From the NCBI GenBank assembly GCA_963737905.1, contig CAVTUQ010000027.1, forward strand, positions 64,001 through 128,000: DNA of 64,000 bases. The letters are read 5' to 3'. The stretch is from an uncultured delta proteobacterium. GTDB taxonomy: Bacteria; Desulfobacterota; Binatia; UBA9968. The position numbers were made by a program, and so were the translations under genes. Below, piece by piece: positions 57,174 through 64,000 of this stretch. Within the stretch, counting starts at the first letter, position 1; each line of letters starts with the position of its first letter. Under the pieces are notes generated by a model, which saw only the letters and a list, made by a program, of their open reading frames with translations, was not told where the DNA came from and ran no database searches.

Positions 57174-57365
57174 GATTTCAGAAAGGCCACTTTTCAATCG
57201 AGAAGTGGCCTTTTGCTTTTGGTAGGCAGAGTTCGTAAGTGCAAGTATGTCAAAGGGTTTTCGGTAGTTAGGAATCAGGGTGCCGTCTTTCCAAAGGCAG
57301 TTCGAGAGTACAAAATCGAGGATACGTCGCTTCTCCTTCATTTCTTGTTTTTCGTAAAGCTTGAG
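57132..57365 (-). pseudogene. C-terminal remnant of a large serine recombinase (integrase) running into the tRNA antisense strand
   Basis: LYEKQEMKEKRRILDFVLSNCLWKDGTLIPNYRKPFDILA...WLPGRDSNP resembles C-termini of tRNA-targeting recombinase-family proteins; catalytic domain absent. Confidence 0.7.
57182..57220 (+). terminator. Terminator hairpin after tRNA-Asn (inside the element)
   Basis: AAAGGCCACTT / AAGTGGCCTTT stem followed by T-rich tract. Confidence 0.75.
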
Positions 57366-57549
57366 CCCCGACCTTCTAAGCCGCTTCGAGCAAGTTGCAC
57401 GCGAGCAGCTCAAGCAGGTCGTGACCAACAGGGTCTCTCAGTTTTTCATCGTGGATTCTTACAAAGTCGAGGGCAAGGATCCGCTCGTGGACCGTACCCG
57501 GTCGCAATTCGGGTTGAGTTTATTTTATCCCTTGGATAACAAGGTATCC

Positions 57550-57614
57550 TTGTTAAATTAGAAGATTAATAAACTCTCGATTTGCGCAGGTTTAATAATC
57601 TGCTAATTTAACAA
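57550..57614. promoter_or_regulatory. Long inverted repeat, probable AbiEi autoregulatory operator
   Basis: 25-nt arms 57550-57574 and 57590-57614, 23/25 complementary, ending 2 nt before the abiEi ATG. Confidence 0.8.
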
Positions 57615-57616
57615 AC

Positions 57617-58414
57617 ATGGCTAGTTCTACAGGCAGCAAAATAAACCAGCTCCTCAAGGCATGGCCGTCCGGCACGGTGGCGGTGTTGCCCTGGCTCGAA
57701 AAACAGGGCGTCTATCAACAGCTCGTCCACGAATACGAAAAAACTTCCTGGGTACGCACGATAGGCCGCGGCGCCTATGCCAGGGCAGGCGATAAGGTCG
57801 AATGGACGGGCGGTTTGTATGCCATACAAGAGCAAATGGGTCTTCCCATACATGCGGGCGGAAAAACCGCTCTTCAAATACAGGGATATGCCCATTTCCT
57901 TGCGATGGGAAAAGGCGCAACAGTATCGCTCTTCGGACCTCCCGATATGAAACTGCCCGCGTGGTTCAAGCATTATCGCTGGGATATCAAAGTCCGCTAC
58001 ACCGCGACAAATCTTTTTGCCGGGCAAGTCGATCAGGGGCTCACCAAAAAGGACATGGGGCCGTATTCGATCAAAGTATCCGCACCCGAGCGCGCCATGA
58101 TGGAAGTTTTGTATGGAGTTCCACTAGTCGAGTCCTTTGAGGAGGCGAAATTACTAATGGAGGGGCTTACCACATTACGCCCCCGAGTTGTGCAGAGCTT
58201 GTTAGAAAAATGTGCCTCGGTCAAGGTCAAGCGGCTATTCATGCTTCTTGCCGAAAGCTGCAAACATGCCTGGGTAAGAAAAATCGACCTGACGAACGTG
58301 GACTTCGGAAAAGGAAAACGCGCCCTGGTTAAGGGAGGACGCTTCGATCCCAAATACCAAATCACCGTTCCGAATATAGCACCCGCGGGCTCTGCTCCTG
58401 GAGCGCGCTCTTGA
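57617..58414 (+). CDS. abiEi: Type IV TA antitoxin AbiEi (transcriptional regulator)
   Basis: SKINQLL, HAGGKTAL, SAPERAMME, LTTLRP, SVKVKRLF. Confidence 0.9.
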   Translation: MASSTGSKINQLLKAWPSGTVAVLPWLEKQGVYQQLVHEYEKTSWVRTIGRGAYARAGDKVEWTGGLYAIQEQMGLPIHAGGKTALQIQGYAHFLAMGKGATVSLFGPPDMKLPAWFKHYRWDIKVRYTATNLFAGQVDQGLTKKDMGPYSIKVSAPERAMMEVLYGVPLVESFEEAKLLMEGLTTLRPRVVQSLLEKCASVKVKRLFMLLAESCKHAWVRKIDLTNVDFGKGKRALVKGGRFDPKYQITVPNIAPAGSAPGARS

Positions 58415-59331
58415 AGGACAGCCCGTTCTTCAAACAAGCCGAATTGATGTTGAAAACAATACCGCACGTCGCTGCGGAAAACTGTTTTGCATTGAAAGGC
58501 GGCACGGCGATCAATCTGTTTGTGCGGGACATGCCGCGATTATCGGTGGACATCGATCTGGCATATCTGCCGGTGGATGAACCGCGCGAAACGGCACTGA
58601 AAAAGAGCAGTGAAGCCCTCGGCCGCATTGCGTCCGCAATCAAGAAAGCGATTGCGGGTACGAGGGTTCAGGAAAGTCGAGCTCGTGAACCAGATCATGT
58701 GATAAGGCTTATCGTCTCGACAGGGACGACGCGAATCAAAATCGAGCCGAACGAAGTCATTCGAGGAGCGGTCTTTCCGTCAGTGGTGCGTGAGTTAAGC
58801 CGGCACGCGGAGGATCTTTTCGAGCTTTCGGTGAGCGCTCTCTCTCTTTCGCTGGCTGATCTTTATGGCGGTAAACTCTGTGCTGCGCTGGACCGCCAGC
58901 ACCCACGGGATTTGTTCGACGTGAAGATTCTCCTGGACAACGAGGGCATCACAGACGAGATCCGCAGGGCCTTTGTCGTCTATCTCGCGAGCCACGATCG
59001 ACCGATCCATGAACTGCTTGATCCCAAACGGAAAGACGTGCGGCGGATCTATGAGAACGAGTTTGCCGGTATGCCGATTGAGGAGATCGCTTACAAAGAC
59101 CTGATCGCGGCTAGGGAGACGCTTATTGAGACGTTGAAGAAGGAATTGACTGATGGCGAAAAGACATTTCTTGTTTCGATAAAGTCGGGCGAACCAAACT
59201 GGAGCGTGATGGGCATCGAAGGTATTGAGAAACTTCCGGCGCTTCAGTGGAAACTGGTCAACATTCAGAAAATAGGGGCAAAGAAACGTACCGAATTACT
59301 GGCCAAACTTAAAAGAACGCTCGGATTGTAG
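58411..59331 (+). CDS. abiEii: Type IV TA toxin AbiEii/AbiGii nucleotidyltransferase
   Basis: FALKGGTAINLF...RLSVDIDL NTase motif, GGKLCAALDRQHPRDLFD; 4-nt overlap with the antitoxin. Confidence 0.92.
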   Translation: MKDSPFFKQAELMLKTIPHVAAENCFALKGGTAINLFVRDMPRLSVDIDLAYLPVDEPRETALKKSSEALGRIASAIKKAIAGTRVQESRAREPDHVIRLIVSTGTTRIKIEPNEVIRGAVFPSVVRELSRHAEDLFELSVSALSLSLADLYGGKLCAALDRQHPRDLFDVKILLDNEGITDEIRRAFVVYLASHDRPIHELLDPKRKDVRRIYENEFAGMPIEEIAYKDLIAARETLIETLKKELTDGEKTFLVSIKSGEPNWSVMGIEGIEKLPALQWKLVNIQKIGAKKRTELLAKLKRTLGL

Positions 59332-59402
59332 TGCGGCCGAACCAGTCAAAATCAATCGCCGGCACGTGATAGTCAAAGCAGAAATCAACTCGCGACAATC
59401 GC

Positions 59403-59786
59403 TCAGGTCCGTGGGGGAGCAAAACCTACAGAGTGAGCCCATTTCAAGAACTTATCGTGAAGTAGGGGAGCCGACTCCTTCCAGAGTCCTTGACTCGGGA
59501 ATGTCACAAAGAAGGAAGGTTCGTTAAATTCGCCACATTCGACTTTGAAGTTTTCGCTGGTCAGCAACAGGGGATATCCAGAGCCCGTCCCATGCGGACG
59601 CAAGAGGAAATCGACGCCGCCCAAACTAATAGGCGTACCGTCACGTATCCCGAGTTGCCTCATGTTTTCCCGAGTCTGGATTAGCTGGCCGAAATCGAGA
59701 TCTTTTCTCCGCTCTTGATGCAGGTAATAAGCGCACTGCAACGTGTCAATCCCGTGGAGTAGTAACTTATGAGAGCCTGTATCCAT
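59403..59786 (-). pseudogene. Truncated N-terminus of a replication initiation factor (Rep_trans-like)
   Basis: LLLHGIDTLQCAY, HGTGSGYP, PSFFVTF.S.GLW; stops before the expected catalytic RxD region. Confidence 0.55.
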
Positions 59787-59823
59787 GTTTGATTCTCAAA
59801 CCGTCTGCTTACGGCCTGCCCGA

Positions 59824-60294
59824 CTATTTGCCCGGTCGGGTGCGCGTGCGGCGTTGTTTCGCCGCCCGCGCACCGCGCTCAGCGATCCGGGGCTGAAGTG
59901 AGCCTAATGATGCTGGCTTGGAACGGGCATTATCCTCTTGTTTACGAGGCGCTTTTCCTTCTTCTGATTCTTCTATCTCACCCGTCTCTGTCTCCATTTC
60001 CTTGAGGTACTTGTTCACGAGGTCGTCATACCGTTTCCTATCACCCAACACCTCGTCCGGACCCGTCTCCTCCTCCCCTGAGTAGGGGTTGCTGGGGAAT
60101 CCTTCAGCCACATCTTCCAAAGCTGTAGCAAGCAAATCCCCGATAATCTCCGTCTTTGTTTTCTTCGGAAACATTTCACAAAGAGCCGAGATTTTCGCAG
60201 TCACGTGCAGCGGAAGCCTAATCGACATTTGTTTAGGAGTGAGCCGAGTATTGTCCGGCGCGGTCCACACTTTGAGGAGATCTTTAGTTGGCAT
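59824..60294 (-). CDS. Small ribbon-helix-helix-like protein of the element
   Basis: WTAPDNTRLT.KQMSIRLPLHVTAKISALCEMFP.KTKTEIIGDLLATAL (beta strand + two helices); RBS GAAGG. Confidence 0.65.
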   Translation of the reverse strand: MPTKDLLKVWTAPDNTRLTPKQMSIRLPLHVTAKISALCEMFPKKTKTEIIGDLLATALEDVAEGFPSNPYSGEEETGPDEVLGDRKRYDDLVNKYLKEMETETGEIEESEEGKAPRKQEDNARSKPASLGSLQPRIAERGARAAKQRRTRTRPGK

Positions 60295-60312
60295 ATTTGT
60301 TCACCTTCCGCT

Positions 60313-60329
60313 AAATGTCATATCGACAT
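60313..60329. promoter_or_regulatory. Palindrome upstream of the RHH-like gene
   Basis: AATGTC-ATATC-GACATT with further AATGTC/AATGTT half sites up to ~60353. Confidence 0.4.
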
Positions 60330-60356
60330 TCGTAATTAATGTCAAGTGAATGTTAC

Positions 60357-60460
60357 AGGCCGGAAAAAAAATATTGATCCCGGATGCAACACGGCTGTAT
60401 TGTCCCTTTTTATGGCGCTAGGCTTCCTACAGCTGCGCCGGTTAACGGTCGGCGTTTAAA
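60357..60460 (+). other. Degenerate attC-like hairpin 1
   Basis: CCGG...GGCTGTA pairs with TACAGCT...CCGG; right end CCGGTTAAC-GGTCGGC-GTTTAAA shortly before the next ATG. Confidence 0.35.
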
Positions 60461-60486
60461 GACCAAACAGGGGGCATAGACAACTA

Positions 60487-61677
60487 ATGCCATTACTCGA
60501 TCTGTGGAATGAATCTCCAGATCAGTTGAAGGACAAGCAGATCCAACAACTGATCGCTTTTGCGGGTGCGGGAAAGCTCATCGATGGAAGCAAGTGTTGT
60601 GAAGAATTCCGATCTTTTCTCGCAACTGTGCCGTCAGCAAATCTCACTGGGTATGCAGACCAGTGTCTCAGCCATTCTTTTCCCGATTCAGGGTTAGCAC
60701 TCCAAGATGTCGTCAACGAGGTTGGGTCGAGAATTGGTGCGGATGTTGAGCACGGTCGTTATCGAGGTACTTCAAAGCATTTGGGCTTCGACGGATGGTG
60801 GACATTCCCCAATCGGCATTCGATCATTGTTGAGGTAAAAACGACAGATGCATACCGAATAGATCTGAATACAATTGCTGCTTATCGCAAAGGATTGATT
60901 GAAGAAAGTAGCATTTCAGAATCATCTTCTTCCATGCTCCTGATCGTAGGACGTCAAGATACAGGAGATATGGAAGCACAAATTCGCGGATCTCGTTATG
61001 CTTGGGACATTCGCATAATAAGCGTCGATGCTTTACTTCGCCTAATGGCCATAAAGGAAGAGGTCGAAGATCCTCAAATCATTCAGCGTATACACAGCAT
61101 TCTTATTCCCAGAGAATTTACGCGCCTCGACGAAATCGCAGACGTTTTGTTTTCTGCTGCGGAAGACATTAAGCAGGAGACAGTCGAAGCAGCAGAAGGA
61201 GAAGAGGAAGTTACAGATACAAACAAGACGAAGCAGCCAAAATTCACCCCGGTAGCATTCCACGATGCTTGTATGGCAAGGGTTCAATCTGTTCTCGGTG
61301 AAACACTAGTCAAGCGCTCTCGGGCCAACTATTCATCTCCGGATAAATCTATCGTTGTCAATTGCGCTGTCTCGAAGGAACACAATCCAGAAACCAATCC
61401 AAACTACTGGTTCGCATTCCACCCTCATCAAAGGGAATCCTTGCAAAGTAGCTCGAAGTCATACGTTGTGTTTGGTTGCGGAAGCAGTAAGCGCATTTTA
61501 TTAATCCCATTCTCAGATTTTCAGTCATGGCTTAACGGTATGTGGATCACACAAAGAGAAGATTCGTACTATTGGCATGTCGTAATTTATAGAGCAGGCG
61601 AAAAGTACTCCCTTCACAGGAAGAAAGGGGAGAAGAATATTGATGTAACGAAATACCTACTGCCAGAAAATGTATAA
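60487..61677 (+). CDS. Hypothetical protein with PD-(D/E)xK (Mrr-like) restriction endonuclease motif
   Basis: GFDGWW...IIVEVKTT, acidic linker, second C-terminal domain (AVSKEH, YWFAFHPHQ). Confidence 0.65.
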   Translation: MPLLDLWNESPDQLKDKQIQQLIAFAGAGKLIDGSKCCEEFRSFLATVPSANLTGYADQCLSHSFPDSGLALQDVVNEVGSRIGADVEHGRYRGTSKHLGFDGWWTFPNRHSIIVEVKTTDAYRIDLNTIAAYRKGLIEESSISESSSSMLLIVGRQDTGDMEAQIRGSRYAWDIRIISVDALLRLMAIKEEVEDPQIIQRIHSILIPREFTRLDEIADVLFSAAEDIKQETVEAAEGEEEVTDTNKTKQPKFTPVAFHDACMARVQSVLGETLVKRSRANYSSPDKSIVVNCAVSKEHNPETNPNYWFAFHPHQRESLQSSSKSYVVFGCGSSKRILLIPFSDFQSWLNGMWITQREDSYYWHVVIYRAGEKYSLHRKKGEKNIDVTKYLLPENV

Positions 61678-61687
61678 TAAAAACGCA

Positions 61688-61738
61688 ACGTAACAGCTCG
61701 ACGAAAGACCGGCGGCCGGTATGTCGGAGTTGTTTACC
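61688..61738 (+). other. Imperfect hairpin, attC-like 2
   Basis: GTAACAGCTCGAC..ACCGGC G GCCGGT..GTCGGAGTTGTTTAC bulged stem just after the stop codon. Confidence 0.4.
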
Positions 61739-61775
61739 TGCTGTACGAAGTGCGGAGATTGACAGAGGAGAAAAT

Positions 61776-62453
61776 ATGGCTGAACAGAAAAAGAGTTTTC
61801 CTATGCTGCCCATTGCCCACTGGTGGGCTTTGCGAAAGAAGTTCAAGCAGAGCATACCTGGGGTTGTAACAGATAATTATCTTGCCACAGTACTCGAAAT
61901 GGGAGTCAACTCTGCACGTGCGAACGTTCTGCCATACTTAAAGAGTCTTGGAATCATTGACGATGAGGGGAAAACGGTCGATAGGGCAAGGCAGTGGAGG
62001 GACGATGAGCACTACGCTGAGGTCTGTAAAGCAATGGTCAAAGAGGTCTATCCAAAGGACCTATTAGAGGCGGTTCCAAATCCGGATCACGAGCGCACTA
62101 AGGCCGAGCGTTGGTTCGCTAATCACACCGGTGCAGGAGATAATGCTGTAAAACGCATGGCAGCTCTCTACGCTGTAATGGTTAAAGCGGACACATCCCA
62201 TCAGCCTGACCAAGAAAAGGCTCGAACTCGAAATAGGGACAAAGAACCAGCGAAGACCAAGCCGAGCAAGAACGCTACCAGTACCGTTCCTCCTGTAGAA
62301 TCCGGTACTCAACGAGATTCAACCAACCTGTCACGACAACAAGCGCCAGGAATCAACATTAACCTAGAAATTCACATCTCAGCTGATGCCACCTCCGACC
62401 AGATAGATCAGATCTTCGAAAGCATGGCAAAACACATCTATAGGCATTCCTGA
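61776..62453 (+). CDS. DUF5343-like protein
   Basis: IPGVVTDNYL, LPYLKSLGIIDDEG, low-complexity linker, C-terminal ININLEIHI...IDQIFESMAKHI. Confidence 0.75.
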   Translation: MAEQKKSFPMLPIAHWWALRKKFKQSIPGVVTDNYLATVLEMGVNSARANVLPYLKSLGIIDDEGKTVDRARQWRDDEHYAEVCKAMVKEVYPKDLLEAVPNPDHERTKAERWFANHTGAGDNAVKRMAALYAVMVKADTSHQPDQEKARTRNRDKEPAKTKPSKNATSTVPPVESGTQRDSTNLSRQQAPGININLEIHISADATSDQIDQIFESMAKHIYRHS

Positions 62454-62457
62454 ATAA

Positions 62458-62976
62458 ATGTCTGCAAATGGTCGATATGCACTAGAGCTTGCCAAGAGGC
62501 TGAAAGCGGAGGCACCAAAAACGTTTGTTCCTCCCTCAGAAGGCACCAGACCCACAAATGAATTCATTCTTCCGCACGCCCTTGTACGTAAGACAAGGGG
62601 TTATATCGAAAGGGTCGTATTTCAAATAAACGGTTCCTACGAAAAGGGTTGGTTCGATGGTTGCGCGGTCATGATGCGTCGCCTGATCGAAACGTTGATA
62701 ATCGAATGTTTCGAGAAATATACAATTGCTGACAAGATCAAGAATCCGAAAACCGGAGACTTCCTCGCTTTAGGGGATCTCATCGAAAAAATGATTCAAG
62801 AGACAAGCTGGAACCTTGGAAGAAACACAAAACAGGCGTTACCCCGACTTAAGAATATCGGCGACCAGTCTGCACACAGCCGAAGATATAACGCACACCG
62901 CGAGGACATCGATAAGATATCTCATGATTTTCGAGTGGTTTGCCAGGAGCTCATCTACATTGCTGCTCTGAAATAG
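62458..62976 (+). CDS. DUF4145-like HEPN domain protein
   Basis: All-helical; DGCAVMMRRLIETLI and RLKNIGDQSAH (HEPN-type motif). Confidence 0.72.
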   Translation: MSANGRYALELAKRLKAEAPKTFVPPSEGTRPTNEFILPHALVRKTRGYIERVVFQINGSYEKGWFDGCAVMMRRLIETLIIECFEKYTIADKIKNPKTGDFLALGDLIEKMIQETSWNLGRNTKQALPRLKNIGDQSAHSRRYNAHREDIDKISHDFRVVCQELIYIAALK

Positions 62977-62978
62977 GC

Positions 62979-63108
62979 AACTAACCGGCGCCGGCTACTC
63001 CGCCAGATAGAGGGATTAAACCTCGAGTCTTCAGGTCTTATCACGCACATCGCGCTGCTGAATCTCCCAAATTCTTTTTTAACCGCCCGGTAGCTCGCGG
63101 GATTAGTA
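62979..63108 (+). other. Long imperfect inverted repeat, attC-like 3
   Basis: ACTAACCGGCGCCGGCTAC ... GTAGCTCGCGGGATTAGT beginning just after the stop codon. Confidence 0.4.
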
Positions 63109-63147
63109 CCGCCAATTCACTTTCCACTCACTTCTTGATCGTATTTT

Positions 63148-63178
63148 GCACCCCCCGTGTTACTGAAAACGGGGGGCT
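63148..63178 (-). other. Putative rolling-circle nick site (dso/oriT) hairpin
   Basis: Minus strand GCCCCCCGT-TTTCAGTAAC-ACGGGGGGTGC: C6/G6 stem with TAAC in the loop. Confidence 0.5.
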
Positions 63179-63188
63179 TGGGCGTAGT

Positions 63189-63404
63189 CTAATGAAATGT
63201 CAATCTATGTTGGAGAGGAAAATCGAATCCCGACTCCGGATCACAAGTCTCACAAAAGATGAGGTATCCATGGCCCTTTGGGTGCAGGCACAAAGTGACG
63301 GTGTGACCATTGGCGACGTGCCGCTTAATGAATTCACCGAACGACTCCAACACGAAATCTAACTCGCGGTTTCTTTTGTCATGCTTAACTTTTATCTGAC
63401 TCAT
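63189..63404 (-). CDS. Small Cys/His-containing hypothetical protein
   Basis: 71 aa, AAAGGA RBS, CLHPKGH...CETC motif; ATGA overlap with the reconstructed integrase tail. Confidence 0.55.
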   Translation of the reverse strand: MSQIKVKHDKRNRELDFVLESFGEFIKRHVANGHTVTLCLHPKGHGYLIFCETCDPESGFDFPLQHRLTFH

Positions 63405-63511
63405 AAGGGCTTTCCTTTCATTCTGTCGTACTTCGCTGCGGAATTTGTGATGAAGGGAAGATGCACTTCCCAGTGCCCAATATTGGCAGGTCTGGGGAGC
63501 CAGTTTAGACG

Positions 63512-63552
63512 AGAAAGCCCTTCGGCAATATGTCGAAGGGCTTTCTGTATTT
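63512..63552 (+). terminator. Terminator just outside attR (likely the original tRNA-Asn terminator)
   Basis: Perfect 13-bp stem AGAAAGCCCTTCG / CGAAGGGCTTTCT, 8 nt after the duplicated tRNA end. Confidence 0.8.
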
Positions 63553-63802
63553 TGGAACTACAGTTAATCGCTCGCTAGACCAAGACGGTGTCTTACCGTC
63601 TAGATTAGCCTTGCCATTCTCCCAAATAGCTGTTGTCACAACGCTGTCACCCAAGCGTTTCGGGTCGCATTCAGCTTAAAACCTATCCGATCAGTTCAAT
63701 CCTGGGGTGAAATCATGCAGTAAGCTGTTGAACAGTTGCGTGTGCCAGGACTATGATACCTGCTAAAATCTCCATTATTACAAGCGTGTGAGGAGGTGAT
63801 CC

Positions 63803-64000
63803 ATGGTTACCACGGCACAATACAAGAGTGGCGAAATCATCATCTGTGAAAACGACCAGGGTGAGACAGCGTATGTCATCGAGAGTGGTCGAGTTGAAGT
63901 GACCAAGGACCTGCAAGGCAAAAACATTCACCTTACGTACCTTTACCCGGGCGAAACCTTCGGCGAAATGAGCATGATAGACGACAAGCCACGTAGTGCA
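63803..64000 (+). CDS. Cyclic nucleotide-binding (Crp-type) domain protein, partial
   Basis: RBS AGGAGG; YVIESGRVEV...GETFGEMSMIDDKPRSA phosphate-binding cassette. Confidence 0.88.
   Translation, partial: MVTTAQYKSGEIIICENDQGETAYVIESGRVEVTKDLQGKNIHLTYLYPGETFGEMSMIDDKPRSA

Larger units (their letters stand above)
57165..63503. mobile_element. Decayed integrative element / defence islet at tRNA-Asn
   Basis: Exact direct repeat GGGGAGCCAG at 57165-57174 (tRNA 3' end) and 63494-63503, the latter followed by a displaced terminator; integrase and Rep remnants; AT-richer cargo. Confidence 0.8.

Noticed and set aside
57098-59331. Functional link between the AbiEii toxin and the adjacent tRNA-Asn
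   Set aside because: Adjacency is explained by the tRNA being the integration site; nothing in the sequence indicates target specificity.
63135-63362. Plus-strand 75-aa ORF
   Set aside because: TTG start without a clear RBS; overlaps the better-supported minus-strand ORF and the hairpin.

Overview
GC-rich bacterial chromosome segment. The gene content (many ABC substrate-binding systems, an F420-type LLM oxidoreductase, SahR-metH) suggests a deltaproteobacterial lineage such as Candidatus Binatia; this is inference only. Bases 1-57 kb are mostly housekeeping and transport genes: ABC importers, an acyl-CoA ligase, lemA-TPM-TPM, rplU-rpmA-obgE-proB-proA-nadD-rsfS-gpmI, comF, sahR-like/metH, purMN, mgtE, degP, tatA, a KimA-like transporter, AsmA, typA, an ABC exporter pair, htpX and a transglutaminase-ABC operon. 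Several genes carry indels that look like assembly errors. The most interesting part is a ~6.3 kb decayed element integrated at tRNA-Asn(GTT) and bounded by a 10-bp direct repeat of the tRNA 3' end (57165-57174 and 63494-63503). It keeps the 3' stump of a large serine recombinase whose reading frame crosses the att site. In the reconstructed circle this frame gains a different 30-aa tail whose stop overlaps (ATGA) the start of a small Cys/His gene. The element also holds a truncated Rep_trans-like initiator with a matching nick-site-like hairpin, an AbiE toxin-antitoxin with its operator, and a candidate three-gene defence cluster (PD-(D/E)xK nuclease, DUF5343-like, HEPN/DUF4145-like) separated by attC-like hairpins. 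Also noted: dispersed palindromes built from 7/8-mer tandem units at gene ends, a gene-end duplication enclosing gene fragments, and a plant-type D-amino-acid transaminase. All family assignments come from motif recognition, not database searches.
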